Assembly (NCBI RefSeq): GCF_003367075.2
Contig: NZ_CP065936.1
Location: forward strand, 270,001 to 302,000
Origin: Cylindrospermopsis raciborskii Cr2010
GTDB lineage: Bacteria > Cyanobacteriota > Cyanobacteriia > Cyanobacteriales > Nostocaceae
Direction of reading: 5' to 3'
DNA length: 32,000 nt
In this document: positions 1 to 8,989 of the stretch, piece by piece
Position numbering within the stretch: the first letter of the stretch is position 1
Layout: each line of letters starts with the position of its first letter
Translations under genes and position numbers: made by a program
Notes under the pieces: model-generated
Told to the model about the DNA's origin: nothing
What the model saw: only the letters and a program-made list of their open reading frames with translations
Database searches by the model: none

Positions 1-2
1 AT

Positions 3-914
3 GAAGTTCAGCAACGTCTCAATGCTTTGACAGATCTTCAAGCTGCACAGGAAGTAGTCGCGAAGGAAGCAGTATTTAAACTAGCTATAATCACTGTGGT
101 TCCTGGATCCATATCTTTGATTGGTATTGTACTACTGATATCCCTGATTATTCAGCGTCTCATCAAAGGTAGGGAATCCATCTTAGCTCAAAATGCCCAA
201 AGGGTATGGTTAACCCCCTGGAATTTGGAAATAGTCCTTCAAGTGTTTATCGTGGGATTTTTCCTCATGGGACAAGTATTTGTACCCACAATACTCCAAC
301 TACTACCTATTTCTCCCTATTCAGAAAACCTGCAAATTCAGGCTTTTTCTGTTTTGATTAGTTACATATTAGTATCCTTTGGTGCACTGTCAGTTTTATA
401 TATTTCCATTAAGCGTTATTTACCCTTACCAGAAGAATGGTTTAAGTTCCGGTTGTTCGATAATTGGTTGTTGTGGGGAATAGGTGGGTACTGTGCAGCA
501 GTTCCCATCGTGATCATAGTATCACTGATAAATCAAATTTTATGGAAGGGAGAAGGTGGAAGTAATCCTCTCTTACAAATGGCATTGGAAAACAGGGATG
601 GTGTAGCTTTAGGAATATTTTTCCTCACCGCTGCGATCGCAGCACCTTTGTTTGAGGAATTTTTGTTTCGTGGGTTCTTATTGCCATCCCTTACTTCCCA
701 TCTACCGGTTTCGTGGGCAATAGTAGTTAGTAGTTTTATATTTGCTATTGCTCACCTGAGTTTATCTGAAATGCTCCCACTGACCGCCTTGGGTATAGTT
801 TTAGGTGTAGTGTATACCCGGTCTCGTAATCTTTTGGCCCCTATGCTTCTCCATGGACTATGGAATAGTGGTACTTTAGTCAGTTTATTTATTTTGGGTG
901 GCAGCAATAGTTAG
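3..914 (+). CDS. CPBP family intramembrane glutamic endopeptidase (CAAX-protease-like), probably 5'-truncated by the window edge
   Basis: Frame 3 is open from nt 3 with no upstream stop. The only in-window start before the first TM helix is a TTG at 27. Multi-pass hydrophobic protein with CPBP motifs EEFLFRG (EExxxR), FAIAHL (FxxxH) and HGLWN. Confidence 0.8.
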   Translation, partial: EVQQRLNALTDLQAAQEVVAKEAVFKLAIITVVPGSISLIGIVLLISLIIQRLIKGRESILAQNAQRVWLTPWNLEIVLQVFIVGFFLMGQVFVPTILQLLPISPYSENLQIQAFSVLISYILVSFGALSVLYISIKRYLPLPEEWFKFRLFDNWLLWGIGGYCAAVPIVIIVSLINQILWKGEGGSNPLLQMALENRDGVALGIFFLTAAIAAPLFEEFLFRGFLLPSLTSHLPVSWAIVVSSFIFAIAHLSLSEMLPLTALGIVLGVVYTRSRNLLAPMLLHGLWNSGTLVSLFILGGSNS

Positions 915-951
915 GGACCCATAGCAACACACCTCTATAAGCTTTGCTCCA

Positions 952-979
952 GGGAGATCCACTACCTGGATCCCCTTTT
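952..979 (+). terminator. Rho-independent terminator-like hairpin downstream of the CPBP gene
   Basis: GGGAGATCCA / loop CTACC / TGGATCCCC (9 bp with one bulged A) followed by TTTT, 38 nt after the stop at 912-914. Confidence 0.5.
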
Positions 980-1175
980 AATAGGCCAAGGTTTCTAAGG
1001 TCTCTCTTAAATACTTTTGCACTTGCTGTTCTAATCGTAAACCTGTTAGCTTTGATTTGCTTTCTAGTTGCCAGCGTTGAAAACCAGAGGTAGTAGAGAT
1101 GGCATATTTTAGGTTTTGCCAAACTTGGTCGTCATAAGTAAGGTCTGGACTCTTAGGTGCCGAAATACGAATCAT
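978..1175 (-). CDS. Small hypothetical protein (65 aa)
   Basis: ATG-initiated ORF with a protein-like, amphipathic-helix sequence (…WQNLKYAISTTSGFQRW…YLRETLETLAY). It reads more plausibly than the overlapping 889..1122 ORF. No recognisable family. Its TAA stop lies in the T-run of the CPBP terminator. Confidence 0.4.
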   Translation of the reverse strand: MIRISAPKSPDLTYDDQVWQNLKYAISTTSGFQRWQLESKSKLTGLRLEQQVQKYLRETLETLAY

Positions 1176-1409
1176 AGTTTATCACTCTTCTTCTAAAACT
1201 TATATGTACTGTGTTTAGCTTTTTGTAGTCTACCTACGGTGAAGTAGGATTTAACGGGTATGGCATTACCAAAAGGTAATGGAGGCAAAAATTTTATTTA
1301 ATCTTTTCTCAATATAACCTTCTCCTTCCATTAAATTCTGTGTAACGGATCACTAAAACCCAGAATATATCGGATACTTAACATTAGAAATAATAAGCAG
1401 GTAAGTGCC

Positions 1410-1442
1410 GGGTTGTAAAAAGGTTGCACCATTTTGTAACCC
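1410..1442 (-). terminator. Long imperfect hairpin 22 nt downstream of the infB stop (weak terminator candidate)
   Basis: GGGTTGTAAAAAGGT / TGC / ACCATTTTGTAACCC. On the minus-strand RNA there are two A-C mismatches plus one more mismatch, and no clean U-tract follows. Confidence 0.25.
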
Positions 1443-1463
1443 AGCATCCCAGAACCACAACGC

Positions 1464-4400
1464 CTACTTAGTTAAGGTGAGGGTACGACGTTTAGTTACC
1501 ATTTGATAAGCTTCAATTATATCACCCTCGATCCAATCATGAAACTTTTCAATACCAATACCACATTCGTAGCCAGAGTTCACCTCCCGAACGTCTTCCT
1601 TCATGCGTTTCAGAGAATCCAATACTCCTTCATAGATGACCTTACTATGGCGACGAATTCTCACCTTACAATTACGCACCAGTTTTCCAGATTGAACATA
1701 ACAACCAGCAACTGCACCGCGTCCCACGGGGAAAACAGCACGCACTTCCGTTTGTCCGAGGGGTTCTTCAACTAGCTCCGGTTCTAGCAGACCTTCTAGG
1801 GCACCTTGGATATCTTCCAATAGTTTGTAGATGATATTGTATTCCCTCACATCCACACCTGCTTCGTCAGCTGCCTGTCTAGCACCACTAGCATAAGTAG
1901 TGTTAAAACCAATAATTACTGCATTACTAGCAGCAGCTAGGTCAATATCAGTTTCTGTGATTTCCCCTGCTGTAGCCAACAACAGACGAATTTGTACTTC
2001 ATTTTGAGGTATTTGCTTGAGGGAGCCAATAATCGCTTCCACAGAACCCTGAACATCCCCCTTGAGAATTAAGTTCAGTTCCTTCAACTCGCCCTCTTGA
2101 GCTTGAGCAGATAGGGTTGTGAGAGTAACCCTACCTTGTAGTAATCGAGACTGACGTTGCTTATCTGCACGTTCACCAGCGATCGCTCGTGCTTCCTTCT
2201 CATTTTCAAAGACTTCAAACTCATCTCCTGCAGCAGGAACATCGCTTAAGCCCAGGACTTCCACAGCGGAGGAGGGGGTAGCAGCATCTACCCTACGACC
2301 TCTGTCATCAACCATGGCTCGAACCTTACCGAATGCGGATCCTGCTACTAACATATCCCCCACATGGAGACTACCATTTTGAATTAACAAGGTAGCCACA
2401 GCTCCCTTAGCCTTATCCAAATGAGCTTCAATCACCGTTCCCTTAGCAGCGCGATTGGGATTAGCGGAAAGTTCAGCCACCTCTGCTACCAATAAGACCA
2501 TTTCCAGTAGGGTATCCAGATTTTCACCCTTAATAGCGCTAACAGGAACCATAATTGTTTCTCCACCCCAGTCTTCTGCGGTTAATCCATAATTAGTCAA
2601 TTCCTGTTTAACCCTTTCTGGTTGGGCACCCTCTTTATCAATCTTATTAATAGCTACAACAATAGGTACACCAGCTGCTTGAGCGTGACTAATAGCCTCT
2701 ATCGTTTGAGGGCGCACACCATCATCAGCAGCTACCACTAAGATGGCAATATCTGTTACTCTCGCCCCCCTAGCTCGCATGGCAGTAAAAGCTTCGTGAC
2801 CGGGAGTATCCAGGAAGACGATTTGTTGAGTTTTCCCCTCATGTTCCACATCTACATGGTAAGCGCCAATGTGCTGAGTAATACCACCAGCTTCCCCAGC
2901 AGCCACCTTAGTTTTACGGATAGAATCCAGGAGAGTAGTTTTCCCGTGGTCCACATGACCCATAATAGTTACTACGGGAGGACGACGAATCAGATGGTCT
3001 AGATCCTCAATGTCAATCATTTCCGTAACCTTGCGGGCCTCAGCTTCCGGTTCCGCCGTTTCCACTTCTACCTCTAGTTCTTTGGCCACCAGGGTAATAG
3101 TAGGAATATCCAGACTTTGGGTGATACTTACCGCCATAGCCTTCATAAACAGAATTTTGACGATTTCCGTATCAGCAACTAGCAGGGCTTCTGCTAATTC
3201 TTGCACAGTCATTGGTCCTGTCACAATTAGCTTGTTGGGTCGTTCTTGTAATTCAACCTCCGTTGTTTGTTGGCGACGATTTTGGTCACGCTGAGCACCG
3301 GGTTTTTTATGGCGACCTGTTGGGGGAGCCACCGCCAAAGCAGGTTGTTGGATAGCCTTGGGTGCTTTCGGTTTAGGTGGACGAGCTATAGATAAACTAA
3401 CTTGAACACTGGCGGGAATTTCCAACCCCTGTTCATTCATTAGATCATCATCCTCAAAATCATCCTCCAAAATGGGTTTAACCCGTTTGCTCTTAATACC
3501 GACCTTGGATTTTTCCTTCAGCTCGTCAATTACTTCCTCTTCTTGCCACTTCTTACCAGTTTTAGCATTGCGTGGCGGGGTTGGACGTTTCAAATCCAGC
3601 AGCGGTGGTGCTATAACCTCTTCCACCAACAGATCCTTCTTCCCTCCTCCCACCATGGGTTTTAGTGAAGTATCACCTGCTGTTTCCGACGGTCTTGTTG
3701 GTCTGGTGGGGCGTTGGATATCACCCGGTTTAGCCCCCCGATGCTCTGCTCTGATTGGGGGCGGGGTAGGACGACCAGTTTTTTGAGGTGGCGCTTGGTC
3801 TGTCGGGGGCTTAGTGGCTCTGGGTTTGCCATGTTCCTCCTCCCGACGCTGTTGACGCTCCCGTTTGAGGATGGGTTTTTCCGCTGTGGATAGGGGTTGT
3901 TCTGTATCCGAAGTTTTCTCCCCTGCTGGTCTGGATGGGGGACTGACCAATTGGGGTTTTTGTGGCTTTTCCGTTCTAGGTTTGGGCGCAGGAGGTTTTT
4001 CAGGTTTTTCCCCCTTAATTTTTTCCGGCGCTGGAGCATGGGGCTTATGATCTGTGTCTACCACCGATTTATGTGGGTTTTCAGATTGATTCTTGGGTAT
4101 GGGTCGAGTTGGTGCCGTCGGTTTCATGGGTGAGGCTGATGTAGCAAAAGTTCGTGGTTGTGATGGAAGTGTGACCGATGGGTCGGTCATATTGACACTG
4201 TCAGATGAAGCAAACTGTCCGTTGGTAGCAACTGATGCCTCTAAGGCACTGGAGGTAGTGTTTCTCAAGATTTTGGGTTTACGAATCTCCAAAATTTGTT
4301 GTTGACGAGGTGCAGCAGATCGGTTTCGGAAGCCAGGTTTCTGGGAATTTGGTTTATGGTTATTTATACCTAATTCTTTTTTTTGCGCCATTCTCGCTGC

Positions 4401-4568
4401 TGTCAGCTTTTGTGACACTTCGCGAATTTGTGTCGCTTCTGTTTCAGAAATTGTGCTGCTGTGGCTTTTGACCGCGATATTGAGCTGGTCGCAAATTGCT
4501 AATAGCTCTTTGTTATCCAAATTCAATTCCTTTGATAATTCGTAGATTCTAACTTTGCCGTTGTTCAT
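1464..4568 (-). CDS. infB: Translation initiation factor IF-2
   Basis: 1034 aa. G-domain motifs [20 protein letters not shown] and NKIDK. Long Pro/Lys-rich N-terminal region. Position downstream of nusA-ylxR. Purine-rich SD (GGGGAAAGAG) upstream of the ATG at 4568. Confidence 0.98.
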   Translation of the reverse strand: MNNGKVRIYELSKELNLDNKELLAICDQLNIAVKSHSSTISETEATQIREVSQKLTAARMAQKKELGINNHKPNSQKPGFRNRSAAPRQQQILEIRKPKILRNTTSSALEASVATNGQFASSDSVNMTDPSVTLPSQPRTFATSASPMKPTAPTRPIPKNQSENPHKSVVDTDHKPHAPAPEKIKGEKPEKPPAPKPRTEKPQKPQLVSPPSRPAGEKTSDTEQPLSTAEKPILKRERQQRREEEHGKPRATKPPTDQAPPQKTGRPTPPPIRAEHRGAKPGDIQRPTRPTRPSETAGDTSLKPMVGGGKKDLLVEEVIAPPLLDLKRPTPPRNAKTGKKWQEEEVIDELKEKSKVGIKSKRVKPILEDDFEDDDLMNEQGLEIPASVQVSLSIARPPKPKAPKAIQQPALAVAPPTGRHKKPGAQRDQNRRQQTTEVELQERPNKLIVTGPMTVQELAEALLVADTEIVKILFMKAMAVSITQSLDIPTITLVAKELEVEVETAEPEAEARKVTEMIDIEDLDHLIRRPPVVTIMGHVDHGKTTLLDSIRKTKVAAGEAGGITQHIGAYHVDVEHEGKTQQIVFLDTPGHEAFTAMRARGARVTDIAILVVAADDGVRPQTIEAISHAQAAGVPIVVAINKIDKEGAQPERVKQELTNYGLTAEDWGGETIMVPVSAIKGENLDTLLEMVLLVAEVAELSANPNRAAKGTVIEAHLDKAKGAVATLLIQNGSLHVGDMLVAGSAFGKVRAMVDDRGRRVDAATPSSAVEVLGLSDVPAAGDEFEVFENEKEARAIAGERADKQRQSRLLQGRVTLTTLSAQAQEGELKELNLILKGDVQGSVEAIIGSLKQIPQNEVQIRLLLATAGEITETDIDLAAASNAVIIGFNTTYASGARQAADEAGVDVREYNIIYKLLEDIQGALEGLLEPELVEEPLGQTEVRAVFPVGRGAVAGCYVQSGKLVRNCKVRIRRHSKVIYEGVLDSLKRMKEDVREVNSGYECGIGIEKFHDWIEGDIIEAYQMVTKRRTLTLTK

Positions 4569-5040
4569 CCACTCTTTCCCCTTTAATTTACAGTTTTAAC
4601 GGACGGTTGCCTGGTTTCCGACATCTCCATCCTTTGATCACTGTTTTTTAGGTTGCCCTTGGTGATGTTGTCGGTGCCTCCAAATAATTAGGAAAGAGAG
4701 ATGTTCCGGTTTCATACTGGCATCCCCACCGGTAATGATGGTTGACTGGATCCCGCAAAATTTTTTTTCATAAAAAATTTCCTTGGGCATCCTTGATGCC
4801 GAACTGCGCTTTGACGCTACCAGGTTGCCATGGTTTAGGTTTAGGTTTTGCTGATTCTGAGTTTTCCACTACAAAGTCGAGTAAAACTTATTACGGTTTT
4901 CCGGGCGTTCAGGTTTCGCGGGGTCTCCACGCACCATGTCGAATGCTCCATATAATTCTAGCAACTGAATGCTACCCTTTTTGGGGATAACATCTGTGGT
5001 ATGATAATCGGATCATAACTAGCACCAGGATTTTCTTTGG

Positions 5041-5310
5041 TCAACCCTGGTTGTGGTTATTTTCCTGACCGAGTCTTTGCCACAATGTTTCATAGACTGT
5101 TTCTGGAACTGTTCCCTTTAGGGAGCGCCCTAGTTTATTTTTCCTCTGTGCCTTATGCAGGCAGTCGGCTTGAGGGCAAATATAAGCAGAACGCCCCATG
5201 CCCTGATCCAATTCTACCTTGCCAGATGGAAACAGACGAACAATCCTCCAAAACTCTGTCTTTGTTCCTACCCGACGACAACTAATGCAACGCCGATAGT
5301 TTGGTTTCAT
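5041..5310 (-). CDS. ylxR: YlxR/DUF448 family RNA-binding protein
   Basis: 89 aa. N-terminal RRCISCRR and GRSAYICP motifs typical of YlxR. The gene starts 12 nt after the nusA stop, the conserved operon position. Confidence 0.85.
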   Translation of the reverse strand: MKPNYRRCISCRRVGTKTEFWRIVRLFPSGKVELDQGMGRSAYICPQADCLHKAQRKNKLGRSLKGTVPETVYETLWQRLGQENNHNQG

Positions 5311-5322
5311 TTGCTATTTCCT

Positions 5323-6609
5323 TTAATTTTCCTCCTCCATTGAGTTAAAGTCATCTTCCCCTGCGTCTGGATCATCTTCATATTCCTCTTCCATAACTTC
5401 AAACTGATGATCCAGTTGATTACTCTCCTCCTGATAGTTGGCTCTAACTGCTGCAAATTTGGCATCCTCCGCTCCATAATCATATTTGGCCTGGTCTTTA
5501 ATATCTATTTTCCATCCGGTTAACCGTGCAGCTAATCTCACGTTTTGACCTTCTTTGCCAATGGCTAAACTCAGCTGATCTTCAGCTACTAAAACGTGGG
5601 TCTGGCGACTTTCAGGATCCATTAAGCGTACCTCATCTACCCTAGCAGGACTCAACGCGTTAGCAATATAGGTGGCTGGATCCGGTGACCAGCGAATTAC
5701 ATCTATTTTTTCACCGCGCAATTCGTTAACCACTACTTGAATTCTTGATCCCCTAGCTCCAATGCACGCCCCTACCGGATCCACATCCCGATCTAAAGTA
5801 TCTACTGCTATTTTAGTCCTCGGACCAACATAACGGGAAGGAGGATTGGCCTCCCGAGCTACTGCTACTATTCGCACTACCTCATCCTCTATTTCTGGCA
5901 CCTCGTTAGCGAATAAGTAAACTACTAATCCTGCATCCGCACGAGATACTAGCAATTGTGGCCCTCTTTGTTGTCCTTGAGAAACTTTTTTTAAGTATAC
6001 CTTAAATGTTGCATTAGATCTATAAGTATCATTTGGCAATTGTTCCCTTTTTGGTAGTTCTGCCTCCACCTCTGGCTGACCAAAACTACTACTAACTGCT
6101 AATATTACAGATTGTCTTTCAAATCTTAAAACTCTTGCTTGTAAAACCGTACCTTCTAAGTCTTGAAATTCTTCCTGCACCATTTGACGCTGTTGGTCTC
6201 GCAACTTCTGTGCTAAAACCTGTTTGGTTTGCATGGCTGCCATGCGTCCAAACTCCCCTTGATCTGGTGTCACATCTAAGACTACTGAATCCCCAGATTG
6301 AGCCTCAGGCGCTACCTGTTGCACTTCATCTAAGGAAATCTGATGATCACCATTGGTTACTTCTTCTACGATTGTTTTGGTGGAAAGAACCCGAAATCCC
6401 TCCCCATCAATATCTAGTTCTACCTCAAAGTTATCAAAATAATTTTCGTCAAATTGTCTGCGCTCTAAATTCTGGGCGCGGCGGTAGCGTTCATAACCTT
6501 TAAGTAGTGCCTCCCTAATGGATGATTGTACTGCTAAACGGGGTAAATTTCGCTCTAGGCTAATTTTTTCAATTAAATCTTTTAATCCGGGTAAAGTAAC
6601 CATTGACAT
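5323..6609 (-). CDS. nusA: Transcription termination/antitermination factor NusA
   Basis: 428 aa with an N-terminal RNAP-binding domain, an S1 domain and two KH domains (…GACIGARGSRIQ…, …AIGKEGQNVRLA…) and an acidic C-terminal tail. AAGGAG SD upstream of the ATG. Confidence 0.97.
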   Translation of the reverse strand: MSMVTLPGLKDLIEKISLERNLPRLAVQSSIREALLKGYERYRRAQNLERRQFDENYFDNFEVELDIDGEGFRVLSTKTIVEEVTNGDHQISLDEVQQVAPEAQSGDSVVLDVTPDQGEFGRMAAMQTKQVLAQKLRDQQRQMVQEEFQDLEGTVLQARVLRFERQSVILAVSSSFGQPEVEAELPKREQLPNDTYRSNATFKVYLKKVSQGQQRGPQLLVSRADAGLVVYLFANEVPEIEDEVVRIVAVAREANPPSRYVGPRTKIAVDTLDRDVDPVGACIGARGSRIQVVVNELRGEKIDVIRWSPDPATYIANALSPARVDEVRLMDPESRQTHVLVAEDQLSLAIGKEGQNVRLAARLTGWKIDIKDQAKYDYGAEDAKFAAVRANYQEESNQLDHQFEVMEEEYEDDPDAGEDDFNSMEEEN

Positions 6610-6816
6610 AAGCAGTCTCCTTAATCCTTAATTTTTATCCGTGCAAACGCTGCAATTTTGCACTGTTTATGTTGCCAATTTTTAGGAAAATCGTTGACTA
6701 ATTTTATAGCTTTGGTAAGAACGCTTAAAACAGGTTTATGGCGTGACTGCTGGATAGACGTTCTAGATCGCTATATCTCTATATTTTCTCAATCACATAA
6801 AAAAATCTCAATTTCA

Positions 6817-7278
6817 TTAGGGGTGATCATCTAATTGCACCTTGGTAACCAGGGATCTGAGAATTTCTACTACACGACCCTTTTGATTTAAGTAAATTTT
6901 TGTTTCATCTCGACGAATCAACTGACCTCTCCATTCTTTTTCTCCATCATCGGGATCACAGGTAGATACAACTACAGGAAATCCTTTAAAGGAAATAAAT
7001 TCCCTGTCAGTTGCCAATTCCCTCGAAATCCCTGGGCTAGATACTTCTAAAACATAAGTGTCTGGAATAATCTCAGCTGCGTCTAGGGAACTTTCTAAAG
7101 CACGGCTCATCTTTTCACAATCGTTTAGACTAGTATCTTGTTGAGGATTGCGAATATCTACACGCAAAATGGGAGGACGCTGGTTTGTATGAAAAACCAT
7201 GCCCACAACTTCCAGTCCTAGTTCTGCTGCTAGTGGAGTCGCTAATTCAATAATTTGTGGAACTAAGGGATGAGTCAT
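6817..7278 (-). CDS. rimP: Ribosome maturation factor RimP
   Basis: Conserved RimP-like N-terminus [13 protein letters not shown]… starts at the ATG at 7278. The ORF-track extension to 7311 begins at a GTG inside a terminator hairpin and is rejected. The gene lies upstream of nusA as in the canonical operon. Confidence 0.9.
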   Translation of the reverse strand: MTHPLVPQIIELATPLAAELGLEVVGMVFHTNQRPPILRVDIRNPQQDTSLNDCEKMSRALESSLDAAEIIPDTYVLEVSSPGISRELATDREFISFKGFPVVVSTCDPDDGEKEWRGQLIRRDETKIYLNQKGRVVEILRSLVTKVQLDDHP

Positions 7279-7291
7279 GCGATAATTGAAT

Positions 7292-7317
7292 AAAAAAAAG
7301 TGGGCACCCACCCACTT
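7292..7317 (-). terminator. Intrinsic-terminator-shaped hairpin + U8 directly upstream of rimP (leader attenuator candidate)
   Basis: Minus strand reads AAGTGGG-TGGGTG-CCCACTT followed by TTTTTT (8 T in total). The structure ends 14 nt before the rimP ATG. Confidence 0.5.
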
Positions 7318-7460
7318 CCGGCGATAGGGATATCTTCCCAGAAGTCTGAGACGAACTTTTTTAGGTTTGTCTCTCTATGCTAGTGTAATCTATTTTTTTG
7401 CTGTTGACACCCTGCTACCAATTAACTGGCAAGAAAAATTCTGCGATCGCCTGATTTTGT

Positions 7461-8855
7461 TCACACTGCTTTAGACCGCATTTTTCTCGTCTGCTCTATA
7501 ATTTGCTCTATGTCTTCTTGGGACAATCGCTGCACATAGTTTATTTTTACCTCTTCTAAAAGGTCATTTAGCAAACTTTGGAGTTCTACTAGTATGTGTT
7601 TTGCCTGTATTTCTCCTGATAATGTAGTTGTAAATTTACCAATTAAGTCCTTAAAAATTTGAGCGGTTAGGGGATCTTTACTGACTTTAGTCATTATTGA
7701 ATAAAGATTTTTGCCAATTTGGTCAGCTATCTCTCCACTGAGTTGATTTTGTACCTGGCTCAATCCTGGCAGCTGTAACAGGTTGCGATAAATTGGGACT
7801 TGTTCTAAGGCCCCTTCCATACTACGACTCAAAATGGCATTGATTTCCGGTTGAACCTTAGGCATAACAGTATCAATTAAAATACGTATTAATATTCCTG
7901 ATATTGCCTCTATTTCATTAATGTTATTAATATCTATATACTCACGTTCATTTTGTTTAGGGTCGAACCAACGACTAATATCACTATGTTGAATCGAGAA
8001 CTGAATTTGATTAATCACCCGCACCACAACAATTTCCGTGATTTCTTCGGCAAAATTAGCGACTATACCCTGGTGAATCTGTTTTCTTACTAAATATAAG
8101 TTTATAAGATTTGATTGGTCTAGACGTACAACGACTGGTACAATACGTAGCCAGCGCCAAAAGGGAAACAACAGAAATAGATCATACCAACGCCATAAAA
8201 TTGCCTCCAACCAACTAAGATGAGAGTTTTGACGCTTAATATAAAAACTCCGCCATAACAGTTCCAACCCAAATACAGCTACAAATGGTAAATCAACTAA
8301 CCAAAAATTATTGATCAACTCCCCATTTTCGCCAATTCTCCGGTAGTAATTACTAGCAATACTAGGGAGAATTTGCCGATTAAAAAATTCAATTTCTTCT
8401 ACCCATCGTCCCTGGGATAAATATTCCGGACTCCAGAAAATTGTAAAAGCGCTCTTTGATGACTCCTGACCTACTCTTTCCCGCATGCGGTTTTTAATTT
8501 TTTCTAGGGTTCCACTTTTCCCAGATCCCGCAAAGGGGTTACTATCAATCATATCCATGCTCATACGGCGAATTTCTGCCAGTTTAGTTTTTACAGCAGG
8601 GGAACCTAAACCACTTTCACTCACCTGGACTTGTAAACTGGCTATATTATTTAAATAGTTTACCGTATCTCGATGAGGTTCAATACCTTTAATTGGATCA
8701 TAAATACGACTAAGTTGGGGCAAATTGCGAAAGTAAAAATCTCGCCAAGGTACGTAACTCCAGTCAAACATCACCAGACCCAAATTAAGGGTAGCAGTGA
8801 TTGCCATCAACCTTTCTAACCATAGATGTTGTTTGGAAATTCTCAACTTACTCAT
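7461..8855 (-). CDS. Membrane protein with a voltage-sensor-like four-helix domain and no pore module; function unknown
   Basis: 464 aa. S1-like helix at residues 13-31. S2/S3/S4-like segment at residues 184-246, with D188-x6-F195-x2-E198-x3-R202, WYD225LFLLFP231 and R234-x2-R237…R244. The remaining ~215 aa are hydrophilic and helical. Confidence 0.75.
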   Translation of the reverse strand: MSKLRISKQHLWLERLMAITATLNLGLVMFDWSYVPWRDFYFRNLPQLSRIYDPIKGIEPHRDTVNYLNNIASLQVQVSESGLGSPAVKTKLAEIRRMSMDMIDSNPFAGSGKSGTLEKIKNRMRERVGQESSKSAFTIFWSPEYLSQGRWVEEIEFFNRQILPSIASNYYRRIGENGELINNFWLVDLPFVAVFGLELLWRSFYIKRQNSHLSWLEAILWRWYDLFLLFPFWRWLRIVPVVVRLDQSNLINLYLVRKQIHQGIVANFAEEITEIVVVRVINQIQFSIQHSDISRWFDPKQNEREYIDINNINEIEAISGILIRILIDTVMPKVQPEINAILSRSMEGALEQVPIYRNLLQLPGLSQVQNQLSGEIADQIGKNLYSIMTKVSKDPLTAQIFKDLIGKFTTTLSGEIQAKHILVELQSLLNDLLEEVKINYVQRLSQEDIEQIIEQTRKMRSKAV

Positions 8856-8989
8856 ATATAATTGGGTTGCTCACTAGAAACTAGATAGTAATCTTACATG
8901 TAGTTAAATACACAAGAATGTTATAAATCTTAAAGGTTTGTTACCTCGGGTTATCTATAGAAATTCAATCAGTCCTAATTGCATTTAAT

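Noticed and set aside
889-1122. 77-aa minus-strand ORF overlapping the CPBP 3' end and the 65-aa ORF
   Set aside because: The sequence is compositionally odd (Cys/Trp/Lys-rich). It overlaps the CPBP coding end and the terminator hairpin. The alternative 65-aa frame is more protein-like.
1503-4305. Seven plus-strand ORFs (1503..1775, 2796..3002, 3010..3294, 3472..3786, 3865..4050, 3897..4133, 4093..4305) and the minus-strand alternative-frame ORF 3662..4039, all inside infB
   Set aside because: All lie within the unambiguous infB reading frame. Their translations are low-complexity Ser/Gly/Arg/Phe strings, typical of shadow frames of a Pro/Lys/Glu-rich coding region.
4742-5343. Plus-strand ORFs 4742..4990, 5037..5285 and 5155..5343 in or around the ylxR-infB spacer
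   Set aside because: They are antisense to an operon and overlap ylxR and the nusA end. They have no SD sequences and their translations look like junk. The spacer itself is reported as a finding instead.
6135-6503. 122-aa plus-strand ORF antisense to nusA
   Set aside because: It is entirely inside the well-supported nusA frame, and is a shadow ORF.
7279-7311. Longer rimP ORF starting at 7311 ([11 protein letters not shown]…)
   Set aside because: The start is a GTG lying inside the terminator hairpin, and the added residues are simply the translated hairpin and U-tract. The conserved RimP N-terminus begins at ATG 7278.
8899-8914. NtcA-like site TGTA-N8-CACA upstream of rfbB
   Set aside because: There is one mismatch to GTA-N8-TAC. 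The nearest -10-like box (TATAAA, 8922-8927) would put the site centre near -28 rather than -41.5, so the geometry is wrong.
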